From an uncultured Bacteroidota bacterium (GTDB taxonomy: Bacteria > Bacteroidota > Bacteroidia > Flavobacteriales > Flavobacteriaceae), in NCBI GenBank assembly GCA_902514625.1, contig CABXRK010000003.1, positions 264 to 64,263 of the forward strand: a stretch of DNA of 64,000 nt, written 5' to 3'. A program made the translations under genes and the position numbers. A model generated the notes under the pieces. That model had not been told where the DNA came from and ran no database searches. It worked only from the letters and a program-made list of their open reading frames with translations. This document shows, piece after piece, positions 16,980 through 26,400 of the stretch (its first letter is position 1; each line of letters starts with the position of its first letter).

Positions 16980-19943
16980 TTAAAAGTTTATGTTTAATCC
17001 AACTGTGATTGTTCTTGAATCGAAGTAATTACTTCTTCGATCAATACCAGGAGCTAAAACATTTCCTCCTCCAATTACAGTTCCTGCAGTAATTGCCTCT
17101 CCACCATCAACAATTGAAGGAGTTGGATCTGCACCAGTATAGTCGGTAATCACAAATGCATTTCTAACATTTAGAGAAACTTGAGAAGATGAAATTCCAG
17201 AAATTGGAAGATCAAGATCATAAGCAACAGTTAAATTAGCTAATTTAATATAATCAGCCTTTTCAACATATAAACTACTAAATGCAGCAGCTTTAAGATC
17301 GTCGTCTGCATATTTTGTATTTACAAAATTATAAGCAAACTGACTACCAATTCTTGGCTCAAAAAATGCTCTCCAAGTGTTTATCAAGCTATGTCCAAAT
17401 GCTCCTTGAAAAAATGCATTAATCTGAAATTTTCCAAATGTAATATTATTGTTAAATCCTATTTCCAAGTCAGGAATACCTTGCCCAACACCTGTGAAAT
17501 CTCCTTCTGGATCAAGAGCTTTATCTTGACCAGCGACGATTTTACCATCTCCGTTAAGATCTTTAAACTTCGGTTTTCCAGTTGCAGTATCAGGACCATC
17601 ATAAACAGGAGCCCAAATTGTTCCAATTCTATAGCCTTCTTTAACTAATAACATATCTGTAGCATTTTGACCAGGAGAACCTAAATTACCAGTAGTAATT
17701 CCATCTTTAGTAGTATACTTATCTAAAATAGATTCATTAGTTCCTAAATTAATACTTGGAGTCCAAATATCATTTACCTTATAAGTTAAATTTAATTCAA
17801 TACCTGAACTAGTAAGATCACCTGCATTTTCATATCTTCTGTTAAACCCATATAGAGCAGCGTCCACTTCAGTTTCTGAAATAAAGTCAGTAATTTTTCT
17901 TGAATAAACATCCAAAGTAGCATCAAGTGGTCCATTTCTATACTCGATCCCAAAATTAGTTTCTGCCTTTTCCTCCCATTTAAGGTCAGGGTTAGCAGCT
18001 CTCGCTTGAGTTGTTGCTTTGTTAGCAGCTGAATAGCTGTATACAAGTTGAGACAATCCACTTGCAGCAGGAAGCGCCCCAGTTACACCATAACCAACTC
18101 TAACTTTAAATTTATCAAAACTTGTGCCAAGGTATTTATTTAAATCAACACCTATACCACCCCCAGGGAATACACCCCATTGTTGTTCAGTACCTAGTTT
18201 ATTAGATCCTTCACGTCTTACAGTAGCATTAATAAAAATAGCATTGTCTAAAGTAAGATTCACTCTTCCAAAACCAGCAATAGTTTTATTAGTAGGACCT
18301 TTATAACTTCCTAATCCAATAGTACCGGCTGCCAAAAGATCTTCAGAAGCACCTATAAGATAAGAATAATCAATCGCTTCATCTGGGAAATCTCCAACAG
18401 CAATATTTTTAGTAAAGTAATCAGATTCCTGATAAGAATAACCCGCGGTTAAAACAAGATTGGCATTTCCAAGATCTGCATTATAAATACCATAAATTTC
18501 ATATGATGAACTTTCATTCTCAAAATCATCAAAACTTACACGACCTGGTCTATCACCAAGGTTAGCCTGAGTATAATAATCATTAACTGATCTTGAAGTT
18601 CTACTCTCGACACTTGATCTATTACTTGCTAAATTAGCAAATACAGTTAAATTTTCACCTAGCGCGTAGTCAAGAGCTATATTATAAGAAAATTCATTTC
18701 TGTCTGCAGCATAAATTCCTTGTTCTTGAATAGCTACAGGGTTAAAACTTCTAAATAACCCTAGAGTTTGAAAATATCCACCTGATCTAGTGATTTGCTC
18801 ATCAGTAAAATAATTTTGAATATCCGCCGGAGCATCCTTGAAATATACAGGAGCAGTAGGGTTAAAAATATTAGCAAATTCTAAAACACCAGGATTTCCT
18901 AGATCTGAAGTTCTTCTAGTATAAGATGTATTCAAATTAATCGTTAACTTATCATTGAAAGCTTTAGTTTGTAATGTTGCACGTGTGTTAAACTGCTTAA
19001 ATCCAGTTTTTTTAACTACACCGTCAACATCACGAGCATTTAAAGCAACTCGGAAACTAGTCTTATCAAATCCACCTGAAGCTGAAATATTATGAATTTG
19101 CGAGATTCCTTGTCTAGTAACCTGGTCAACCCAATTGTTAGAAGCTCCTAGATCGGCACCACCAAAAGCTCTAAACTCAGCAGCAGTCATCATCTTTATC
19201 GCATTCATCTTTTCAGATACAGCATATTGACCTGTATAGTTAAATTTAACTTTTCCAGGTGTTCCTTTCTTAGTAGTAACAATTATCACACCACTAGACC
19301 CTCTTGAGCCATAAATAGCTGCAGCAGATCCATCTTTAAGTACGTTAATTGTTTCTATATCACTAGGATCAACATTATCAATCGAAGCGCCAGGCACTCC
19401 ATCGATTACAAATAAAGGAGAAATATTTGCCCCAATAGTACTAATACCTCTAAGTCTAATAGTAGATCCAGCATTTGGATTACCACCCTTACTGTAAATA
19501 CTTAGACCAGCTACTTTACCCTCAAGTAAACCAGCAGTATTAGAAATCGGTCCCTTATTAAATTCTTCTGCAGTAATCTTAGTTACAGCAGAAGTGATTT
19601 CTTTCTCTTTTTGAGAACCATATCCAGTAACTACAATTTCCTCCAGTTGACTATCAGAAACTAATGAAACGCTTAAGGAATCATTATCTCCTACACTAAC
19701 CTCTTGAGACAAAAACCCAACAAAAGAAATAACTAGCACATCAGATGAACTGGCCTCTATTGTAAAATTTCCATCAAAATCAGCCGTGGTCCCACTATCA
19801 GTCCCTTTGACTATAATGGTGGCTCCCGGTAACGGGCCATCCTCTCCAGAAACAGTTCCGCTAATTGTTTGAGCAACAAGAGTTGATCCAAACATAACAA
19901 AAACTGCTAAAAGTAGAGTCTTGATTTTCATTAAATTTTTCAT
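16980..19943 (-). CDS. susC: SusC/RagA family TonB-dependent outer membrane transporter
   Basis: 987 aa with a signal peptide. It has a CarboxypepD_reg-like domain (ISGTVSGEDGPLPGATIIVKG), plug motifs (VVTGYGSQKEKE, NVLKDGSAAAIYGSRGSSGVIIVTTKKG), and a beta-barrel ending in GLNINF. There is no N-terminal STN signalling extension. Confidence 0.9.
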   Translation of the reverse strand: MKNLMKIKTLLLAVFVMFGSTLVAQTISGTVSGEDGPLPGATIIVKGTDSGTTADFDGNFTIEASSSDVLVISFVGFLSQEVSVGDNDSLSVSLVSDSQLEEIVVTGYGSQKEKEITSAVTKITAEEFNKGPISNTAGLLEGKVAGLSIYSKGGNPNAGSTIRLRGISTIGANISPLFVIDGVPGASIDNVDPSDIETINVLKDGSAAAIYGSRGSSGVIIVTTKKGTPGKVKFNYTGQYAVSEKMNAIKMMTAAEFRAFGGADLGASNNWVDQVTRQGISQIHNISASGGFDKTSFRVALNARDVDGVVKKTGFKQFNTRATLQTKAFNDKLTINLNTSYTRRTSDLGNPGVLEFANIFNPTAPVYFKDAPADIQNYFTDEQITRSGGYFQTLGLFRSFNPVAIQEQGIYAADRNEFSYNIALDYALGENLTVFANLASNRSSVESRTSRSVNDYYTQANLGDRPGRVSFDDFENESSSYEIYGIYNADLGNANLVLTAGYSYQESDYFTKNIAVGDFPDEAIDYSYLIGASEDLLAAGTIGLGSYKGPTNKTIAGFGRVNLTLDNAIFINATVRREGSNKLGTEQQWGVFPGGGIGVDLNKYLGTSFDKFKVRVGYGVTGALPAASGLSQLVYSYSAANKATTQARAANPDLKWEEKAETNFGIEYRNGPLDATLDVYSRKITDFISETEVDAALYGFNRRYENAGDLTSSGIELNLTYKVNDIWTPSINLGTNESILDKYTTKDGITTGNLGSPGQNATDMLLVKEGYRIGTIWAPVYDGPDTATGKPKFKDLNGDGKIVAGQDKALDPEGDFTGVGQGIPDLEIGFNNNITFGKFQINAFFQGAFGHSLINTWRAFFEPRIGSQFAYNFVNTKYADDDLKAAAFSSLYVEKADYIKLANLTVAYDLDLPISGISSSQVSLNVRNAFVITDYTGADPTPSIVDGGEAITAGTVIGGGNVLAPGIDRRSNYFDSRTITVGLNINF

Positions 19944-19974
19944 AAAATGATTTAGATTAATATTAATTTATAAA

Positions 19975-19993
19975 GTTCTAATTTTTTTAGAAC
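19975..19993. promoter_or_regulatory. perfect palindrome GTTCTAA-N5-TTAGAAC in the susC leader
   Basis: 7-nt arms at 19975..19981 and 19987..19993 are separated by TTTTT, 32-50 nt upstream of the susC ATG. It could be an operator or a small leader hairpin. The function is unknown. Confidence 0.25.
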
Positions 19994-20104
19994 CGTTAAA
20001 TATAATAAAAATGATTGAAAATTAGCAATTCTTTAACATTATTATGTTATAGGATTCAAATGGCCAAAAAATTATTAATGATATATCTCAATGTTTAAGC
20101 ATTT

Positions 20105-20112
20105 CAAATCTA
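20105..20112 (-). promoter_or_regulatory. candidate -7 promoter box (TAGATTTG on minus strand) for susC
   Basis: Plus-strand CAAATCTA is the reverse complement of TAnnTTTG. It is the only such motif I found between susC and the tRNA, about 160 nt upstream of the ATG. Confidence 0.25.
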
Positions 20113-20213
20113 ATTAAAACATAAATTATTTTGAATGAATAATAATTAAAATTCTTATAGAAAACACTAATTCTAGAAAGATCTATGATACAATAATTCA
20201 ATTTTAAAAAAAG

Positions 20214-20295
20214 TACTTCGGGTGGGGCTCGAACCCACACTCTCGAAAGAACTGGATTTTGAATCCAGCGCGTCTACCAATTCCGCCACCGAAGC
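20214..20295 (-). tRNA. tRNA-Leu (anticodon CAA), class II with long variable arm
   Basis: The minus strand reads GCTTCGG-TG-GCGGAATTGGTAGACGC-G-CTGGA-TTCAAAA-TCCAG-TTCTTTCGAGAGTG-GTGGG-TTCGAGC-CCCAC-CCGAAGT-A. The acceptor stem has 7 bp (one G-U). The anticodon loop is TTCAAAA. The T-arm is GTGGG/CCCAC with a TTCGAGC loop. No CCA is encoded. Confidence 0.9.
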
Positions 20296-20375
20296 AAGAT
20301 TAACGAAATTAAAAAAAAAAAAATCTTCTTTCTAAAATTATAGCAGTATATATGTGTCTAGGCTAAATAAATTTT

Positions 20376-20383
20376 TAAATTTG
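20376..20383 (+). promoter_or_regulatory. candidate -7 promoter box TAAATTTG for prs
   Basis: It matches TAnnTTTG and ends 27 nt upstream of the prs start codon. Confidence 0.35.
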
Positions 20384-20409
20384 CACAACAATTTTAATCT
20401 CATTGATAA

Positions 20410-21351
20410 TTGAAAGTGATTTCTGAAGCTAAAATTTTCAGTTGTACTCAAAGTAAAGCTCTTTGTAACAAAATAGCAAAAGCCTATGGTATTGCAGTTG
20501 GGAATATTACTTTCTCAAAATTTAGTGATGGTGAATTTCAACCATCATTTGAAGAATCGGTAAGAGGAGCCCGAATTTTTATTGTTGGATCTACCAATCC
20601 AAACTCTGATAATTTAATGGAATTACTTCTTATGCTTGATGCAGCTAAAAGAGCTTCAGCAAGGCACATTACTGCAGTTATCCCATATTTTGGTTGGGCT
20701 AGACAAGATAGAAAAGATAAGCCAAGAGTTCCAATTGGAGCTAAAATGATAGCAAAAATTATTGAAATAGCTGGAGCAACAAGAATTATTACGATGGATC
20801 TCCATGCTGATCAAATACAAGGGTTTTTTGAAAAACCTGTAGACCATTTATTTGCCTCCACTATTTTTGTTCCGCATATAAAATCCTTAAAGCTAGAAAA
20901 TCTCACTATAGCTTCTCCTGATATGGGAGGTTCCAAAAGAGCTTATGCATATTCAAAATTTCTTGAAAGTGATGTTGTTATATGCTATAAACAAAGAACA
21001 AAAGCAAATGTAGTTTCAAAAATGGAACTAATAGGAAATGTTGAAGATAAAAATGTAGTTTTAATTGACGATATGATAGACACTGCAGGGACTCTTACTC
21101 ATGCGGCTAATTTAATGATGGAAAGAGGAGCAAAATCAGTTAGGGCTTTTTGTACTCATGCATTACTCTCAGGAGATGCACTAAAAAAAATTGAAACCTC
21201 TAACTTAAAAGAATTAATTATTACAGATTCAATTGCTCTTAAAAGAAAAAATTCAAAAATTAAAATTTTAAGTTGTGCTGAACTTTTTGCAAGTACAATG
21301 TATAATGTTCATCATAACGAATCAATTAGTTCAAAATTCATAGATTATTAA
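20410..21351 (+). CDS. prs: ribose-phosphate pyrophosphokinase
   Basis: 313 aa. Motifs are [11 protein letters not shown] and the PRPP-binding loop [14 protein letters not shown]. The track start is a TTG codon. Confidence 0.9.
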   Translation: MKVISEAKIFSCTQSKALCNKIAKAYGIAVGNITFSKFSDGEFQPSFEESVRGARIFIVGSTNPNSDNLMELLLMLDAAKRASARHITAVIPYFGWARQDRKDKPRVPIGAKMIAKIIEIAGATRIITMDLHADQIQGFFEKPVDHLFASTIFVPHIKSLKLENLTIASPDMGGSKRAYAYSKFLESDVVICYKQRTKANVVSKMELIGNVEDKNVVLIDDMIDTAGTLTHAANLMMERGAKSVRAFCTHALLSGDALKKIETSNLKELIITDSIALKRKNSKIKILSCAELFASTMYNVHHNESISSKFIDY

Positions 21352-21361
21352 AAATTATAAA

Positions 21362-22075
21362 ATGAAATCAGTTACAATAAATGGATCAAAAAGAGAAAGC
21401 GTGGGCAAAAAAGCAACTAAAGCCCTACGTAATGCTGAAATGGTTCCTTGCGTACTTTATGGTGAAAATGATCCTATTCACTTTAGTGCAAAAGAAATCG
21501 ATTTCAAAAAATTAGTCTATACCCCACATGCTCATACAGTTAAAATCAATATAGATGGAAATTCATTTGATGCAATTTTACAAGACATTCAATTTCACCC
21601 TGTAAGTGATAGAATTCTACATATAGATTTTTATGAATTAAATGAGACTAAAGAAGTTTCAATAAATATTCCAGTTATTATTGAAGGTACTGCTCCTGGA
21701 GTTTCAATCTCGGGTGGAGAATTGATTATAAATAAAAGGAAACTTAAAGTAAAAGCTCTCCCTAAAAACTTACCTGACGTTATTATAGCTGAAATATCTA
21801 AACTTGAAATAGGTCAAAAAATTTACACTTCTGATGTAGAAAATGACGATTACAAATTTTTGCATTCTGATAGTACTGTAATTTGTCAAGTTAAGACTGC
21901 AAGAGCAGCTATCCTAGAAGAAGAAATTGAAGATGAAGCAGCTGAAGGTGAAGAAGTAGCTGAAGGAACTGAAGGAAAAGAAGGAACAGAAAAAACAGAA
22001 GGAAAAAAAGAAAAACCTTCTGAGTCAGGTAAAGATTCTTCTAAATCTTCTGAAGCTCAAGAGTCAAAAAAATAA
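21362..22075 (+). CDS. rplY: 50S ribosomal protein L25 / general stress protein Ctc
   Basis: 237 aa. The N-terminal L25 fold signature is [20 protein letters not shown]. It has two domains plus an acidic/Lys-rich tail. It sits in the conserved prs-rplY-pth order. Confidence 0.9.
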   Translation: MKSVTINGSKRESVGKKATKALRNAEMVPCVLYGENDPIHFSAKEIDFKKLVYTPHAHTVKINIDGNSFDAILQDIQFHPVSDRILHIDFYELNETKEVSINIPVIIEGTAPGVSISGGELIINKRKLKVKALPKNLPDVIIAEISKLEIGQKIYTSDVENDDYKFLHSDSTVICQVKTARAAILEEEIEDEAAEGEEVAEGTEGKEGTEKTEGKKEKPSESGKDSSKSSEAQESKK

Positions 22076-22101
22076 TTTTTTAATTTTTTAAATAATAATT
22101 T

Positions 22102-22137
22102 AAGCATCTACATAAGTTTAAAGTAGATGCTTTTTTT
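22102..22137 (+). terminator. intrinsic terminator after rplY
   Basis: The stem AAGCATCTAC (22102..22111) / GTAGATGCTT (22123..22132) is followed by a T tract running to 22137. Confidence 0.7.
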
Positions 22138-22148
22138 ATTTTAGCTAA

Positions 22149-22772
22149 ATGAATACTAGAATTTGGAATTTTTTTTTTAATAATAAAAAACAAAAAAAAA
22201 TTAATTTGAAAAAATTTTTAATTGTTGGTCTAGGTAATCCTGGAAATGAATATATCAATACAAGACACAATATTGGATTTTCAATTATTGATCATTACTG
22301 CGAAATAAAAGACCTCAAACTTAACAACATAAAATATGGGGTTGGATTAAAAACAAAACTAAAAGGAAAAACAATTTTAATTCTTAAACCCTCAACTTAT
22401 ATGAATCTTAGTGGTAAAGCAATTATCTATTGGAAAAATAAAGAAAATATAGCTTTAGAAAATATCCTAATAATCACTGATGATCTTAATCTCCCTTCAG
22501 GATCTTTAAGGCTTAAATCAAAAGGAAGTGATGGTGGTCATAATGGATTAAAAGACATCGAAGTTGTACTTAAAACTTCAAAATATCCTAGATTAAGATT
22601 TGGAATTAAAATTGAAAATAGAAAAAAAAATAATGTTGATTTTGTATTAGGGGAATGGAGTGAAAATGAAAAAAAAACGATTACTCAAACCATTAAAAAA
22701 ACGATCCAAATAATAGATTCTTTTATTATAAATGGAATAACCAACACCATGAATAGTTTCAATAACAAATGA
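22149..22772 (+). CDS. pth: peptidyl-tRNA hydrolase
   Basis: Motifs are FLIVGLGNPGNEYINTRHNIGF and GSDGGHNGLKDI. The first approximately 19 codons look non-native. An in-frame TTG at 22206 would give LKKFLIVGLGNPG. Confidence 0.9.
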   Translation: MNTRIWNFFFNNKKQKKINLKKFLIVGLGNPGNEYINTRHNIGFSIIDHYCEIKDLKLNNIKYGVGLKTKLKGKTILILKPSTYMNLSGKAIIYWKNKENIALENILIITDDLNLPSGSLRLKSKGSDGGHNGLKDIEVVLKTSKYPRLRFGIKIENRKKNNVDFVLGEWSENEKKTITQTIKKTIQIIDSFIINGITNTMNSFNNK

Positions 22773-23450
22773 TCAAGGAGAAGTTGAAAAATTATATATC
22801 TGGGAAAAGGAATTGTTCCCCATAGAATCAAATGTGATTATCTGCCAATAATATTTTGTGTTAGGTTCAAGAGAAACCTCGAGTGAATTCTCTTTAATGT
22901 TCTCTTCAATAATAAATAATTCATTTTCGCCTATTCCTAATTTAAGTAAATAATGAGATATGTCATTATCTAAATCCAAACCATTCCAAAGCAAATTCAA
23001 TTTATTTTGAACAAGAGATACAGTAGAGTTATTATCTGGGCTTTTCAATTCAGCAGGAAATGGCAAATAACTTAATTGAGAAATACTTTCTAAATAAAAG
23101 TTCCAAACCTGGCTTTTTATAATAGTTGAAGATGATTGTGATAAAGAATTGACCCACCAAGAATACGGAAAACCTCTTTTTAAATTTACCTGCCAATTTG
23201 TTGATTTAGTGTTATATTTAAAAATCTCGTCATTAATTTGATTCTGAATAACCAACTCGTAACTATCGGAATTCTCAGCTGATTGCCAAACAAAATTTAC
23301 GTTAGAAATAAGTGAAGACAAATTTTCAGAATTAACACATATGTTATTATTTAATGGATTTAAAAGTACTGCTGGAGAGGGATCTGGTATTGGATCTTTG
23401 GAGCAACCATTTAACAATAAAACTAAACACAAAAAAATCAATACTCTCAT
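22773..23450 (-). CDS. lipoprotein with two Fn3-like modules
   Basis: 225 aa with lipobox LLLNGC followed by SKDPIPD. It has two internal repeats ending in the ...Y.W(W/Q)...(V/I)(W/Y)NF. signature. Its ATG overlaps the stop of the upstream protease gene (ATGA, 23447..23450). Confidence 0.6.
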   Translation of the reverse strand: MRVLIFLCLVLLLNGCSKDPIPDPSPAVLLNPLNNNICVNSENLSSLISNVNFVWQSAENSDSYELVIQNQINDEIFKYNTKSTNWQVNLKRGFPYSWWVNSLSQSSSTIIKSQVWNFYLESISQLSYLPFPAELKSPDNNSTVSLVQNKLNLLWNGLDLDNDISHYLLKLGIGENELFIIEENIKENSLEVSLEPNTKYYWQIITFDSMGNNSFSQIYNFSTSP

Positions 23451-26400
23451 TTCTTAAGAAATTTTAAAGTTTCTATACTATTACCGTGATTTAATTTCAA
23501 AATATAACTTCCAGTAATCAATTCATCTAATTTTAAATCGATTTTCCTGTTTCCATTATTAATTCTAACTCTATTTTTAATTAGTAAAATACCTTGTAAA
23601 TCAAAAATAGAATATTCAATTTCTGATTTATTTCCACCAACCAAAATTGACAATAAATCCTGAACAGGATTAGGATAAATTAATGATTCATCTTCTATAA
23701 AAATATATTCCTTATAAGTGCCTTGACAATATAAATCAGTTTTAACCTCCAGATAATTTAATCCTTTTTTCAAAGCAAGGTTAATTGAAGATTTTGTAAC
23801 ATTAATTTCTGTGTCATTAATCTTTATATAAAATTGTTTTGCACCATTTAGAGAAAAATTAACATTTTGATCAACATAATTAATACTTGAAATTACTCCC
23901 AATTCTTCTGGCTCATTTATTTTGGCAGTAAAACATCTTTCAAAATTTAATTTCGAAGGACTTGTAATACAAATTAAATATTCCCCTGCTTTTAAATTCT
24001 TTTCTTCTAAAACAAGATTAGAAAAACTTACATTTAATGAATATCCGTTCGGGCCAACTATACTAGCTAAATATTCATACTTGGCTTTTGCATTAATGGT
24101 AATACTACCATTATTTTTATTTATGCATGTTACATCATTTTTATAAATAATGAAATTATTAGAATCTTCAATATCACAAATATCTCCAATACCATTTAAA
24201 TTAGAATCTAGTTGATCTTCATTAGCTATTAAAGGACAATTATCAAGATCGTTAGGTATTGAATCCTTATCATCATTAGGTAAAAAATCACCCCTTAAAC
24301 AAAGTCCAATGCCAAATGAAATTATTTTTCCAGAATCCTCAGATTCTTTATCCACAATTTTTAAGCGCCAATTCCCATATGACATAGTCCCTTTAAATTG
24401 GTTTAACTTTTCAAAAGGCTTGAAAATTCCTGTGAAAGGAGGACTTCCTGTTGAAATCAAAAATTCAGCTTCATCGTCAAATGTAGTATTAACATAATTC
24501 TTTTTATCTCCTCCAATGTTTTTTGAAAGAATCACCTCTTTTCCTTTTGGAGAAATTAAAGAAATAGTCAGATCAGATAAATAGCTGTGATTTATTGATA
24601 AATAAACATTAAGATCTTCTATTTCATAATTATAGGGTATATCAAGATTAGCATATGTTATTCCAATATTATTAGCCGAAGCATCCTGAAGAGTTATGGG
24701 CATATTTTCTGAATCAAAATCCTTACATGAAATCAATTGAGTTGTAAAATTATATACATCAGAAAAAGTTCCTGTAGCACAACTATTAATCGCTCTAACT
24801 CTCCAAAAATATTTTGTTTGGCTTTTTAAATCATTTAACTGATATAAGTTGTTTTCGTTTTTTTTATCAATTATTAAATCCTCAAAATCTATATTTTCAG
24901 ACAATTGAAACTGGTATTTATCTGCATCTTCTTGAGAAGTCCATGAAATTATTGTCGAAATCCCTTGATCAATAGCATCATCTTTAGGGCTAATTATTTC
25001 TGGTGGAATCAAACTCGAATTTCTTTTTTGAATTTCAAAAGAAGTTGAATAAGAAACATCTTCTGCTTTACCTTGAAGTATTATATTATAATTTCCTGAA
25101 TTTAATTTACTTAGATCTGAAAAAATTATATTCACATTAGTATTACCGATTGATGTTTTTGGAGGGAAAATTTGATATGTTAAATCATTAGGAATGTTCA
25201 AAATTTCAAAACTAACATCCTTATTGAAATCCAGATAATTTTTATATTCAAAAGAGATGCTTGTAGTATCTGATTCACAAGATTTTACAATCAATTCTTC
25301 AAATGAGAATGAAAAATCTCTCATTTCAATTTTAAAGTCAACCAGATTTACTGCAAAATAAATAGAGTTTTCAGCTACAATTTTTATTCTTGCATTTGAT
25401 GTTGAAATATTTTCTGGAACTGAAATATATGCTTCTCCATCATTTGGCGTATTTGATAATAATTTTATTGGAAAGGTTTCACCCCCATCAATAGAAAGTA
25501 GAATTGATATTGTCTTAGTATTAATTGGCATATTAAAACTTTCACCAACAATCCATTCTATTTTCTCATTTCCACCTGTTCCCCATAAAGTAGTAGAAAC
25601 ATTTTGTGAAATAATCTTGAAAGGTGTTGAATTCTCAACAACTGTTACTCTAATCTTATCTTGAGCAATTTGACCAACTGGAGAATTGTTTTCAGTTCTT
25701 CTATCTCGAACGGTAACACCCCAATTCAAAATTCTTCCTACCGTTGAAACACTTTCCCAATCAGAATTAAGTCCTGGCCTAGATTCAGTTAATTCTCCAC
25801 TTAAAACTCTTCTCATGTTAGGAATAACTCTTTTTGAACTCAAAGAAGGTGGATTCGATCTGTTTATAGATCCTAATATTAAATCTGAAGAATAATTTAA
25901 ATTATTAACCCTTCCACTATCTAACTGTTCCCATGTATAAGTGATCAAATCCCCATCAGTATCTGTGGCAATTGCTGAAAGCTCATAGGCAGTTCCAATT
26001 GGAATATAAGTGTTAAATCCAGCATTAACGGAAGGGCTTGAATTAGAAATAGTTGAAAAAGTTTGACAAGTTTTACTCTCAATATTTTTATTTATTTCTT
26101 CAATACTTACAAAATGTAAATATGGATCACTGTGATTTTGCAAATCATCTTTATTTGTAATACCGGCATAACCCATTAAAGTAGATCCACTTCCAGGCTC
26201 TACATTAACACCAGTTCCTTCAGTTTCATATGAGAAAGTATGATGAGCACCAAATTGATGAGCCACTTCATGTGCTACAAAATCAACATCAAAATAATCA
26301 TTCAAAAAAAACCCTTCTCCTGAAATATCAACAAAAGGATGAGTAGAATATCCTCTCCCCTTTTGTCCATCAACACAAACACATCCAATACAACCTGAAC

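Noticed and set aside
19944-20213. tRNA-adjacent genomic island hypothesis for the whole SusCD locus.
   Set aside because: Only the orientation of the tRNA 3' end and the susCD composition support it. There is no integrase, no detected direct repeat of the tRNA end, and the rest of the locus has the same low-GC composition as the neighbouring genes. It is kept as a minor note inside a finding, not as a mobile_element feature.
20311-20323. An A13 homopolymer between tRNA-Leu and prs.
   Set aside because: It is intergenic, sits in generally AT-rich DNA and is not paired with a stem. There is no evidence for a function beyond spacer or promoter-upstream DNA.
21890-22075. The acidic/Lys-rich low-complexity C-terminal tail of L25/Ctc ([17 protein letters not shown]...[14 protein letters not shown]), considered as a possible fused extra gene.
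   Set aside because: It is continuous in frame with the L25 body. Ctc-type L25 proteins commonly carry such charged extensions, so it is not treated as novel.
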